DNA of 35,899 bases, taken from IMG/VR virus record IMGVR_UViG_3300046832_000788, positions 1 to 35,899 of that record; one strand, given 5' to 3'. The notes beneath the pieces are model-generated. The model worked only from the letters and a program-made list of their open reading frames with translations. It did not search any database and was not told where the DNA came from. Source of the DNA: a virus (lineage: Duplodnaviria; Caudoviricetes). Positions 1-9,310 of the stretch are shown here, one piece after another (positions within the stretch are counted from its first letter, which is position 1; every line of letters starts with the position of its first letter). The translations under genes were made by a program, and so were the position numbers.

Positions 1-1414
1 CTCCCTCCGCGGGAGGGTTTGGATAGTCAATAGGTAATAAAACAAAGGTACGTGTAAACGTAGGTATGTCTCCGACGTACACGAGCTCACAGTCAATGCG
101 GTACTCAAAACCGTCTACCGTGTCAGAATACTCGTCAAGCTCTTCGCCTACGGAGCGTAGCTCAAAACCACGGTAAGAGTTGTTAGGCACGTTCTTGCCA
201 CTATACGCTTCTGTAGAATACTCGATGTCAATGTCAGAGTTTCCAGGAAACGGTCCGTATGTTCCAACGTTTGCAGTTGATTGAACGACTGCCGTTCCGC
301 CGGTTACCGCCGTCGCAACCATGTCGCTATCTGCAACATAGACTCTAAATGTAGTAGCGCTTGGCACATCAACTATTTGGTACTCGCCGTCAAACACGAT
401 AACAAGAGAGGCAGGGTCATCTACACCAGAAAGAACAACCGTGTCATATTGCGCGAAACCGTGAGCGCTGCTAGTAGTAATCGTTGCGGTAAAGTCGGCA
501 ATAGACTTAGACGTTACTGTTTTAGTTATATTCTTTACCGAGGACGTTAAGGCAGAGGCAATAGTAAACGTAGTACTGCTAGGCACCGACGTTACATCCC
601 ACAGACCATCTAGTTCAGCGGACACGTTGTAGATCTCTACCGTCTGTGTAGGAATTAAGTTATGTGCAGACGCGGTAGTTACTCTGGTGATGCTTGACGG
701 CGCAGTAATAGAGGTAATTCGTAGACTATTAGTAAGCGCAGGCTCGATATCCGTGTTAGGAAATGTTATGCCACTAAAGTCAACAAGAATCTCATCAAGT
801 AGCTGGCGTACGTAGTCGTACGTATCTACGCGCGCGTAGACTGTTACACCGACATAGGTGCCGTTAGGGACGGATGTTCCAGTAATAGTAAATGTCGTAT
901 TCGTAGGAGATGATGCTATCGTGTAGTACGCGTTGTATTGAAAGTCGGAAACCTCTGGGAAAATAAGGCGCACTGATGAGCCGACAGGGAAGTCGTACTC
1001 TAAGGCTTCTAAGGTCCCAGTTAGTGTCCCACCGGAGGCAACGATAGTCGCGCCAAAATCATGTGTCCATGTCTTCCAGATGTTGCGGTGGTAGAAGTAG
1101 CTAGTAAACTCTGACGCGCTAACACTTAGTTCGCGATCTACAACGTTATAGTTACGGTTCCAGATAATTCCGCCCCATACGCACTCGCTATCGCGCACAA
1201 CGTATAGTCCTGTTTTTCCTGGCATTGTACTGTCATAAAGATCCATAGACGCTGTCTCGGGGATAACCGGTATGTTTCCGCTGAAGCTCCCTGCGGCCTT
1301 GATAGATCTTTCAAAAGAAACACCTTTGAAAGGAATTTCTGCAAGTACCTGGTTAGTTAAAAGATCTGTAGTAAAGTACCTATACACGGCTGCGTCTGAT
1401 TGATACAGTGCCAT
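1..1414 (-). CDS. Minor tail protein / baseplate hub (Tal-like) with three inserted beta-rich repeat domains; 3' end runs off the window
   Basis: Absent from the ORF track because it has no stop in the window. My translation from ATG at 1414 (RBS-like GAGG upstream) stays open to the window edge: MALYQSDAAVYRYFTTDLLTNQVLAEIPF...GLYVVRDSECVWGGIIWNR...SEFTSYFYHR. This pattern resembles actinophage hub proteins, and the gene lies directly after Dit. Confidence 0.8.
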   Translation of the reverse strand, partial: MALYQSDAAVYRYFTTDLLTNQVLAEIPFKGVSFERSIKAAGSFSGNIPVIPETASMDLYDSTMPGKTGLYVVRDSECVWGGIIWNRNYNVVDRELSVSASEFTSYFYHRNIWKTWTHDFGATIVASGGTLTGTLEALEYDFPVGSSVRLIFPEVSDFQYNAYYTIASSPTNTTFTITGTSVPNGTYVGVTVYARVDTYDYVRQLLDEILVDFSGITFPNTDIEPALTNSLRITSITAPSSITRVTTASAHNLIPTQTVEIYNVSAELDGLWDVTSVPSSTTFTIASALTSSVKNITKTVTSKSIADFTATITTSSAHGFAQYDTVVLSGVDDPASLVIVFDGEYQIVDVPSATTFRVYVADSDMVATAVTGGTAVVQSTANVGTYGPFPGNSDIDIEYSTEAYSGKNVPNNSYRGFELRSVGEELDEYSDTVDGFEYRIDCELVYVGDIPTFTRTFVLLPIDYPNPPAEG

Positions 1415-1459
1415 GGGTTATACCTCGCTAAGTAGATTCGTCGTTGAATACATTGTATA

Positions 1460-2866
1460 CTATCCAAGCCATGCAGAGCGGTAATATACAGTCAAAGACG
1501 CAGAGCTTGTCGCATCTCCGTCGTCGTAGAAGCTAAATACGTTTGCGCCGGGAGCTAGAAGTGTCCACTCTGCGAGAACGTCAATAAGACTACGCTTTCC
1601 AACTACATCACCATTAAGTGCAACCTCGTGATCACGTGTATCGACCTCAAGAATATCGTTAGCGCCAAGAGCTCCGATGATGGTAATAGCCTCGTTGGTT
1701 GTTTCGTTAAGTATAGTTGCTGGGCCAACTATAGGACCTGTAACCTCAAACACGACGGGAGAGTACGCGTTGCCCGTGTTTACAACTGTTCCTGTGCCAG
1801 AGCCCGCGGTTCCTGAATTCTCTCCTGCAATCGTCACCGCGCGATAGCCTAGTTCATTCCCTTCGTACCATTCGTACTTAAGAGGATCAGGTGCACGAAG
1901 GCCGATAGAAAACTCTGTGCGTCCACGCGCGTTTACCGTTTGAATATCTGGTCGTCCAGACAGGCGAACAAACGAAGCCTTGGTAGGATTTTCATTTGTC
2001 TTTAGCCAAGCTCCTACGTACACAAGATCAGTTTCTTGAATAAGTTTATCTCTTGATACGGGAACTAACGACGGGTCAGGAGTAAGAAAGACTCCGTTAA
2101 GTGTAATTTGACGAGCTTGGTAGCGTCCGCGCACATCGTAGGATCCATCTCCCCAACCACGAGGAATATCATTTACCTCCGGCTCGGGATGAACCCACCA
2201 ACCTTCAATGTCAGTGCATACCCAAACAACGCCGTTTTCATCTACAGTGTTAAGAATAAGGCTTCCGATAGAAACGTCAGCGTTGAGCTGCATTCCTGTG
2301 ATTTTAGGGAAAGGTAGAGGAGTAAGCCCTAGGTTAACGTACTTGTTTTCAGTTGCCTGTGTCACGTCGTCAAAATACTCGCCTACGTACGTTGCAGCCT
2401 CAAACATGGTCGCGTCAACGTAGAATTTTTTACTTACCGTTCCAGCCACTGGCTGAACAATTGAAATTAACGCTCCAAGGGCTAAAGAAGGGGCTGTCAT
2501 TACGCCCATTAGTCTTATCCAGTCGTCACCTGGAGTAGTCTCTAAACCGATTGTGGACGTTGTGGAGATAAGGCTACCACCAGTCAACGCGGTGTACCAA
2601 CTAACGTTAATTTGGAAGGTGCCAGTCTCTTCTCCCGCGGGTACCTTTACGTATGCGGCAACCGCATACGAGGTTGCGGCCGTTACAGAAATACGAGACG
2701 CAATGGAAACACCTGAGTTTGCCCCTGCGGCCTTCGTAACCTCAAGGCAGGAAGAACCAAAGAACGCGTCGGTGGTGATACGCGCAATAGTGGAAGATCC
2801 TGCTGCAGACCAGCCTGTCGTATTAGTCTTAAACGAAGGGTTGACGATTAGATTATTTCTCGCCAT
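1460..2866 (-). CDS. Distal tail protein (Dit) with N-terminal carbohydrate-binding-like domain
   Basis: Directly follows the tape measure gene. Likely start is ATG 2866 (MARNNLIVNPSF..TGW, a CBM-like opening) rather than 2923. The C-terminal half has Dit-like motifs (GLRAPDPLKY, VVNTGNAYSPVVFEVTGP, LLAPGAN, YRSAWL). Confidence 0.8.
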   Translation of the reverse strand: MARNNLIVNPSFKTNTTGWSAAGSSTIARITTDAFFGSSCLEVTKAAGANSGVSIASRISVTAATSYAVAAYVKVPAGEETGTFQINVSWYTALTGGSLISTTSTIGLETTPGDDWIRLMGVMTAPSLALGALISIVQPVAGTVSKKFYVDATMFEAATYVGEYFDDVTQATENKYVNLGLTPLPFPKITGMQLNADVSIGSLILNTVDENGVVWVCTDIEGWWVHPEPEVNDIPRGWGDGSYDVRGRYQARQITLNGVFLTPDPSLVPVSRDKLIQETDLVYVGAWLKTNENPTKASFVRLSGRPDIQTVNARGRTEFSIGLRAPDPLKYEWYEGNELGYRAVTIAGENSGTAGSGTGTVVNTGNAYSPVVFEVTGPIVGPATILNETTNEAITIIGALGANDILEVDTRDHEVALNGDVVGKRSLIDVLAEWTLLAPGANVFSFYDDGDATSSASLTVYYRSAWLG

Positions 2867-2867
2867 G

Positions 2868-5800
2868 TTATGCTCCTCCGCGACGTAGTTGGAATGCAAT
2901 CTGGCGTGAAACCATAGACGCAAGCTCCGATTCGTTCATTCCCGGTGAAGGATAGACGTTAATTGTCATTCCGCCGCCACCGCCACCGGCCAGCATCTGA
3001 ATCATAGCACGGTCTCGCTTAGATAAACCTTGAGGATCAAGAGGCTCAACGCGCTCTGAACGACCAGCTTCTCCAATCACTGCAAGTGTTCCTCCGCGCG
3101 AAGGCGAAATAACTCCACCTTCTGCCAGCTGAGGGAATCCTAGTGTAAAACTTGGGAGAGTTACACCAGCGACTTTTGCCCCACCAATTTTTAATTGCCT
3201 ACTTGCTACGTTTGCGTTCCACCATGCTCTTGCGTTTTTCCACGCTGTCTGTAAACCGTCTGTTAACCCACTCCATATGTTGCTAAGACCATTTCCAATT
3301 CTCCCAGGTAGAGCTCTAACACCTGTAACAATTTCAGTAAGTCTAGTCTGTACAGCAGTCCATGCAGTAGCAAGACTACTAGTTAGCCAAGTCCACGCAG
3401 CAGAGCCAGCTTCTCCAAGTCTTTGTGGTATACTTCTTACAGTTGCTACTATAGTATCCCAGTTTCTAGCTATAGCAAGAACCATTAGGCCAAATGGACC
3501 TGTAAGAACCGCAAGAACAACTGGCCAATTCTGTCTTAACCATTCCAGCGCCATAGTAGCGCCTTCTTTTATCCTTTCAAAAGCTTTTTGAACAGCTTCT
3601 CTAAATGTTTCACTGTTCCTATATAGAAGAACAAATAGTCCTGCTAGTACTGTAATAGCAGTAATTGTAAGTCCTAAAGGAGTTGTTAGAAGAAAGACAC
3701 TAAGTAATTTTAGTTTACCAAGAAGAAAAGTTAGCCCTTCCTTTGCAGCAAGACCGGCTGCTTTGCCAAACTCAGCAAGTTTTGCGCCACCTTGTTTAAG
3801 TGCGCTGCCCATTTCTGTTGCTATTGCCTTTGCAGTGTCCTTAGCGCCTTTCTTTACTGCATCAAAGGCGTACATTCCTTTAAGTGCGATTGTATCAAAG
3901 CCGGATTTAATACTTGTAACAACCGGGCCTGGAAGAACTGCAGATATTATCTTACCAAGCTGCTGGAAATTACCCGAAAGAACTTTTGCACCAAACCCAC
4001 CAATTTTGCCGATGGTGCCTAGTGCTAACGCAAAAGCTAGTACTCTGCCTATTACGTTAAGTATATTCTTAACAAGCTCATTTTCTAGTAATGTGTTTAT
4101 TGCAGTTAGAACTGTGTTAAGAGTGTCAAAGAATATCTTTATGGCTCCTGCGTCAGTTGTCACCTTAACAAATTTAAGAATGCTTACTACTAGTCTAGCA
4201 AGGGATGGTCCTGCTTCATTTGCAGATTTAAGAATGTCTCCAAAGATGGGAGCGCCTTCTTTTAAAGTATCAAAGAATACCTTAATATTTGGATCTGCAC
4301 CGACCTTAAGTATTTCCTTAACAAAAGCGCCAACAGATCCAAGTATTGCCTTAGAGTTTTCAGCTGCGCCCTTAAAGTAGTCTGACAAAGTCTTCTGGCC
4401 AGCAACACTACCAGAGAACTTTTCAAACTCTTCTGTTACATCCTTGAAATACTCAAGAAGGATATACCCTCCTCCACCAGGGGTGAAGTTTGCCTTGACA
4501 ATATTTACAATCCCGCTAAAGGCGTTTCCAAGAACTGTACCAATCTTAGCTGCAATATCTCCAGCCTTGTTGAACATCTTCTCAAGCTCACCCGTGGCTT
4601 GCTTGGTGTCAAGGTATGTTGCCCAACCGGCGGTCTTTTTCTCTAAGAACTTGTTGAACTTATCTGCTAGCGGCTGAGCTGAAACAAGAATTGACAAGAA
4701 TCCATCGTAAAGGTTAGCTGCACTTCTAGAGTAGCTTTCAATGTTAATGCCAGCATTTTTAATAACTTGCTCTAGATCTCCCATATTTTCGATGTCAGTG
4801 ATAGCATCAATAATAGTTCCAAAGGACTTTCCAATACTGTCGCCAAGTTCTACAAGAACTGGCTTAAGACCTGGGAAAAGTTTTGTACGAAGTTTTTCAA
4901 GGCCAGACTCGAGTTGGCTAAATAGGTTAGTCCCTAATGCGTCACGCAGTTCCTTGAGTGCAGGATTAAAGGTGTTAATGATATAGTTAACAAAACCTTG
5001 AGCTTCCTTAGAAAGACCAGCCATTGCGTCCGCGAATGCCGTGTCGCCTGCACCATCTGCTGTTGCTGCTTTTCGAGCTTTTTCTGCGTCGGCTAGCTCT
5101 GCTACTGCATCTATTTCATTCTGCTTGGCATTGAGATAGGTGTCAGTCTGTTGAAATACTTCTGTTCCAGCTTTTTTGGCAGCCTCACCTAGACGCTCTT
5201 GTTCCTTACGGAGATCTGAGTTACGATCTTTTGACTTACGAAGGTTTAGTTCAGCCTCGGCAAATGCCAGCTGAGCTTCGCGTCTTGCACGCGAGTTAGG
5301 CGGAAGATCTTGAACGCGTTGAAGTGTTTCACGAGCTTTCTCAAGCTCGATTGCAGCTTTCTTTTCGGCAATCGCTGCGTCTTCTGCATCAAAGCCAAGC
5401 TGTTGAATTTCTTCGTTAGCAGCTGCTGTTGCCTTTGCAAATTCATATTGTGCTTCAGTAAGTCGCCTTGTCGCACTAAGAACTCTTTTTATCGCTGCTT
5501 CTTCAGCTACAGTATCTTTTACTGATCCTTTTCTTGCCTTACTTCCTGCAGAAATTGCTGCGCCTACACCCTTAAGAGCACCTAACAGGCCAACTGCAGC
5601 AATTCCAATAGAGGTTAGCGCAGTAGCAAACACGACGCTGGCAGGCGCTGCGGCAAGAAGAGAAGACGCGAGAGAGACAAGCCCACCGCCGAGAGCACCA
5701 AGACCAGAAATAAGTGGACCGATGGAGGCGGTGAGCGCAAAGTTTGTTCTAATAAGCGTTTGAAAAGCTCTGCGTGCAGCGTCTGCTTCTCCAGCAGAGA

Positions 5801-5978
5801 AATTAAACTTCTTACCTAGTCCTTTAGATATGCCATTGTTAAATCCTTTTGTAAAAGACTCACCTACAGCTCTTCCATCAGACCCGAGATTGATCCCGCT
5901 TGCTGCACGACGAACATCGTTTTCAAAGCCAGTAGTTATAGCCTTGACAACTATATACGCATCGCCTACGACTGCCAT
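2868..5978 (-). CDS. Tape measure protein
   Basis: 1036 aa, Ala/Gly-rich and helical with hydrophobic segments. MAVVGDAYIVV start, periodic Trp near the C-terminus, and a C-terminal LAEGG...GEAGR..E motif. Lies after the tail assembly chaperones. Confidence 0.92.
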   Translation of the reverse strand: MAVVGDAYIVVKAITTGFENDVRRAASGINLGSDGRAVGESFTKGFNNGISKGLGKKFNFSAGEADAARRAFQTLIRTNFALTASIGPLISGLGALGGGLVSLASSLLAAAPASVVFATALTSIGIAAVGLLGALKGVGAAISAGSKARKGSVKDTVAEEAAIKRVLSATRRLTEAQYEFAKATAAANEEIQQLGFDAEDAAIAEKKAAIELEKARETLQRVQDLPPNSRARREAQLAFAEAELNLRKSKDRNSDLRKEQERLGEAAKKAGTEVFQQTDTYLNAKQNEIDAVAELADAEKARKAATADGAGDTAFADAMAGLSKEAQGFVNYIINTFNPALKELRDALGTNLFSQLESGLEKLRTKLFPGLKPVLVELGDSIGKSFGTIIDAITDIENMGDLEQVIKNAGINIESYSRSAANLYDGFLSILVSAQPLADKFNKFLEKKTAGWATYLDTKQATGELEKMFNKAGDIAAKIGTVLGNAFSGIVNIVKANFTPGGGGYILLEYFKDVTEEFEKFSGSVAGQKTLSDYFKGAAENSKAILGSVGAFVKEILKVGADPNIKVFFDTLKEGAPIFGDILKSANEAGPSLARLVVSILKFVKVTTDAGAIKIFFDTLNTVLTAINTLLENELVKNILNVIGRVLAFALALGTIGKIGGFGAKVLSGNFQQLGKIISAVLPGPVVTSIKSGFDTIALKGMYAFDAVKKGAKDTAKAIATEMGSALKQGGAKLAEFGKAAGLAAKEGLTFLLGKLKLLSVFLLTTPLGLTITAITVLAGLFVLLYRNSETFREAVQKAFERIKEGATMALEWLRQNWPVVLAVLTGPFGLMVLAIARNWDTIVATVRSIPQRLGEAGSAAWTWLTSSLATAWTAVQTRLTEIVTGVRALPGRIGNGLSNIWSGLTDGLQTAWKNARAWWNANVASRQLKIGGAKVAGVTLPSFTLGFPQLAEGGVISPSRGGTLAVIGEAGRSERVEPLDPQGLSKRDRAMIQMLAGGGGGGMTINVYPSPGMNESELASMVSRQIAFQLRRGGA

Positions 5979-6008
5979 TTGCTCACCTCCTTCCTTCTAC
6001 TTAAGTCT

Positions 6009-6368
6009 TTACTTTGATAATGGTTCGTCTAGAGCTTCGCCAAATGGTTTTGACATTGAAGCGTTTACCGGTGTTGGCGGAACAAATGACTTTGTCGGCG
6101 CCTTCAAAGGATCAAATGGAACTACGGCATCGTCATCTTCGTATTCGTCAAAGTTTTTGACGTTTCCATCTGCATAGACAGAGCTTCCTGTTTTTGCACT
6201 AGCATATGGATACTTGTATCCGTAGAAATCTGGATAAAGAATCTCGCGACTGCGACTACGCCCTTCGGCCTGTTCACCCGAGGCATAGTTCATGTCTTCC
6301 TCAAAAAAGAAGTGGAGAACGTCTAACATGTCAGATGCCTCCATTTCTTTCAGATTAAGGTTATTCAC
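6009..6368 (-). CDS. Tail assembly chaperone, downstream part (probable -1 frameshift extension)
   Basis: Sits between the chaperone and the tape measure gene. The frame stays open upstream to ~6454 and overlaps the chaperone 3' end in the -1 frame (LLTWGIDLWPYINGKALVNNL...). Confidence 0.65.
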   Translation of the reverse strand: MNNLNLKEMEASDMLDVLHFFFEEDMNYASGEQAEGRSRSREILYPDFYGYKYPYASAKTGSSVYADGNVKNFDEYEDDDAVVPFDPLKAPTKSFVPPTPVNASMSKPFGEALDEPLSK

Positions 6369-6412
6369 GAGTGCTTTTCCATTTATGTATGGCCAGAGGT
6401 CAATTCCCCAAG

Positions 6413-6751
6413 TTAGGAGACTTCTGGCTCCCCTTCCGGGCGACCTGCATACACCTCAACTAACCAACCAGAAATTTCAGCAAGTGTTTCTACAGTTACA
6501 ATCTTGTCCGCGCTTTCAATAAGAGTCGAGAAGCGTGTATAGCTTTCTGGCAGAAGAACGTGCTCGAAAAACATGTTGATTGTTTTTGCAGATTCAACAG
6601 CGTCATCTCCACTTGAGCGAGCGACTAGGTCAAGAAGAGTCTTTCCCTGGAGTTGTTCGCGACAGGAAAATTCTTCTTCGTGTAGCTTAAATGTTACTGG
6701 CTCTTTTTCTCCGGCGCTTTTGCCAGAACCAAAGTCTTTGTACTTAGTCAT
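6413..6751 (-). CDS. Tail assembly chaperone
   Basis: 112-aa ORF with GGAGG RBS, ending WLVEVYAGRP, similar to actinophage chaperone C-termini. Positioned upstream of the tape measure gene. Confidence 0.75.
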   Translation of the reverse strand: MTKYKDFGSGKSAGEKEPVTFKLHEEEFSCREQLQGKTLLDLVARSSGDDAVESAKTINMFFEHVLLPESYTRFSTLIESADKIVTVETLAEISGWLVEVYAGRPEGEPEVS

Positions 6752-6811
6752 CTTTCTTTCCTCCGTTTTATGTTTGTGTCTTTATCAAGGCTTGTGTGCC
6801 TTAATTCTAGG

Positions 6812-7330
6812 TTATCTTATCAAATAAAGGTTATTGGCGAGGAACTTATTAGGCTTAGTTCCAGGGTGTCGCACAGAGCGTGCATACACTACGCGACCTC
6901 TAGAACTAAACCGAAGAACCTCTGCCCTGTTAGGAGTAATTATATGTGGACGTGTACCTTCGTGATGGGCGAGAGCATATCTAAGCGGAGACCCAATAGT
7001 CATACTCTGCCCGTACACTGCTCGTGACTGCGTCATACTTATAGAATTCTTTAATCTACCGGTGTCAACTCCTACTTGAGCTTTTGCAGCGCTAACGATA
7101 GCACGACCTCGAACATACATATGACGTCCTACAGGCCCAAAGGGACTGTTAAGAGTAAAGTCCAGTGTAGTCTTACGAAATACTACTTGTGTGTTGCCAA
7201 AGCTAATACCTAAACCTCTGCTTGAAGACAAAAGAGGCGCGCTCGCTCTTCCAGCTCGTCTAACACGATTTCTTGCCTGTTGGGCTACAGTGATTATTGG
7301 ACTGTCGCGTACGATTCCAAAAAGTGGCAT
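6812..7330 (-). CDS. HK97 gp10-like tail completion/neck protein with N-terminal extension
   Basis: Very basic protein with VDTGRLKNSI, YALAHHEGTRPH and VRHPGTKPNKFL motifs typical of this family. Confidence 0.8.
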   Translation of the reverse strand: MPLFGIVRDSPIITVAQQARNRVRRAGRASAPLLSSSRGLGISFGNTQVVFRKTTLDFTLNSPFGPVGRHMYVRGRAIVSAAKAQVGVDTGRLKNSISMTQSRAVYGQSMTIGSPLRYALAHHEGTRPHIITPNRAEVLRFSSRGRVVYARSVRHPGTKPNKFLANNLYLIR

Positions 7331-7833
7331 TATGGAACGACCATAGTCAATTGCATAGCCGTTGTTTGAAAACCACCGTCAAAACCAGAGCTATCAGCCG
7401 TAGCAATGACACCCATACCAAACTCGTCTGGCTCCCATTGGTCAAGTCTATTAAGCAAACGCATAAACATCCATGCGTCTACGACGGCTGCCTCAGAACC
7501 TTCTTGAATCTTTTCACCAGTAGGAGCCTTGCCGTTCTGGCCAACTACAGGAATTTCACGCGATATAGAAATAGTAAGAACAGCGCTTCTTGGCATCGTG
7601 CAGCGTTGAGGAGTACCCGCCTGGTCTCCAGGTGTTCCTAAGTACATTTGCATGAAAGAAACAACCAGTTGCTCACAATCAATGGCAGGCTCGCCTACAG
7701 TCCAAAATCTACGTGAAGGCAGCGGGACGTTGTTTTCTTCAAATACTTTAATAGTCTTCTCAAGTACTTTATCAAGAAAAACCTTAAGACTTAGTGCGTC
7801 TTCTGATACTGTAGAGACATCTGTTATTGGCAT
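7330..7833 (-). CDS. Putative tail terminator / head-tail joining protein
   Basis: 167 aa, located between the adaptor and the gp10-like gene, with a TAATG stop-start overlap at 7330. The call rests on synteny. Confidence 0.55.
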   Translation of the reverse strand: MPITDVSTVSEDALSLKVFLDKVLEKTIKVFEENNVPLPSRRFWTVGEPAIDCEQLVVSFMQMYLGTPGDQAGTPQRCTMPRSAVLTISISREIPVVGQNGKAPTGEKIQEGSEAAVVDAWMFMRLLNRLDQWEPDEFGMGVIATADSSGFDGGFQTTAMQLTMVVP

Positions 7834-7843
7834 ACTGCGTCTC

Positions 7844-9211
7844 CTAGTTGTCTAGTGTATACGTAGGTGTAGTAGTCTTACCTAATTGAAGAATCAGGTT
7901 ACCGGACGCAATATACACAGTTTCGTCGCCTTTTGTCGCGTAAAGATCCCACGTGCCAGGGTCTAAGAATCCAGCGTAACCGTAGGCGTCCTCGTACGTA
8001 ACAGAAAGTGTAAGTGTATCACGTGACTCGTTAGTTACAAGAGCCGTTCCGGTGTCTGCGCCATACGCGACATCAGCAGCAACCTTTGCATACATAAACG
8101 TCGTAGTCGTAGGTACCTCGCTGATGTAGTACGAGCCGTTAAAGGTCGCATTGATGCCTGAGATTGTCACGTAGTCGCCTACTGAGAACCCGTGGGCAGT
8201 AGACGTGGTAATAATTGCCATGTTATCTGCAAGTTGCTTGTGCGAAACAGACTTAGAGATGTCCGTAGTGATCGAGTTAATAGATACAGCGCCTGAGCCA
8301 AGATCTTTTGTCTTAGTTCCGCTGTAGTTTCCGATCTTAATTGTCGGAATCCAGTCATCGTTTGTCACGAGAAACGCTGCATTGATGTAGTCAATGTTTA
8401 CGTCGAGCAATGCGCCTTCTGAACCTGTAATAAACATATCTAGTGAAGTTCTAGGCAAGATTGGAGGCTTAGCAACGTGACGACGAGCACGTGGAACGTC
8501 TGGGCTAAATACCTTAGCCTTTGCGCGAGCCTTGTCTGGGTTTGAAGACTTGAGGAAAAGGTCTACTATATATAAACCTGTGCGTAGCTCATCAATAAAG
8601 TCCTGGTTATCAAGAACTGTGTATGAAACACCTTGACGAGAAATAGAAGTAACACGCTGAGGTAGTGCGCAATCATCATCACCTGACCAAAGCTTAATAA
8701 ATTCTGTAGCAAGAACACGAGCAGCTGCTTTTCCGGCCGCAGTAGGAGGAGCTCCGTAGGTGTACGTTACCTCGATGTTGCAAGGAGCCCAAGATGTGCC
8801 CTGGCGCGCTTGAAGTGTTGAATGATCTACTAAATAATAATTTGAAGGGTCTACTATAGATCCTGCACGGTTACGAACCGAATGAATCGCTACTACTGGC
8901 CTTCCACGAAGGCGCAGACGCGTTGAAGGTGACATACCGTCTGTTGTAAGCTCGGCGTAGTCATCAAATTCGTCAAAAGGAATGTTATATAGCTCTCCGC
9001 CAACTAGCTCAGGAGTGTAGTTGCTAGAAGAAGCGCCTAAACGATACGCACGAGAAGAGCAAACATACTTTTCTGTTACAGTAGTTACGCCGTTAAACTT
9101 TCGGCCAGACATAGACCATAGAAGCTGCGATGCAGTTTTAACAGCTTCGTACGCGTACTCGCTATTAGCGTATGAGTCAAGCTCATCTACTGAAACCCAA
9201 AGGTTTGACAC
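7844..9211 (-). CDS. Head-to-tail adaptor with C-terminal beta-repeat extension
   Basis: ASQLLWSMSGRKF, EVTYTYG..PP, CALPQRVTSISRQGVSY and TGLYIVDLFL are actinophage adaptor-like motifs. An extra TTSTAHGFSVGDYVTISG domain is appended. Confidence 0.8.
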   Translation of the reverse strand: MSNLWVSVDELDSYANSEYAYEAVKTASQLLWSMSGRKFNGVTTVTEKYVCSSRAYRLGASSSNYTPELVGGELYNIPFDEFDDYAELTTDGMSPSTRLRLRGRPVVAIHSVRNRAGSIVDPSNYYLVDHSTLQARQGTSWAPCNIEVTYTYGAPPTAAGKAAARVLATEFIKLWSGDDDCALPQRVTSISRQGVSYTVLDNQDFIDELRTGLYIVDLFLKSSNPDKARAKAKVFSPDVPRARRHVAKPPILPRTSLDMFITGSEGALLDVNIDYINAAFLVTNDDWIPTIKIGNYSGTKTKDLGSGAVSINSITTDISKSVSHKQLADNMAIITTSTAHGFSVGDYVTISGINATFNGSYYISEVPTTTTFMYAKVAADVAYGADTGTALVTNESRDTLTLSVTYEDAYGYAGFLDPGTWDLYATKGDETVYIASGNLILQLGKTTTPTYTLDN

Positions 9212-9248
9212 TTATTTGTCCTGTCTAATCGTCGTTAGTTCATATCTT

Positions 9249-9309
9249 AATAGAGGAGCGGCATGCCTGTGTTGGTGGTAACACATTGGCATGCCGCTCA
9301 CATTCTATT
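9249..9309. terminator. Long imperfect hairpin after the major tail gene (terminator or RNA processing/stability element)
   Basis: GAGCGGCATGCC...GGCATGCCGCTC arms (12 bp), an inner TGTGTT/AACACA stem and outer AATAG/CTATT pairing. No U-tract. Confidence 0.6.
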
Positions 9310-9310
9310 A

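Noticed and set aside
1138-1344. 68-aa minus-strand ORF
   Set aside because: It is an alternative frame inside the long hub gene starting at 1414.
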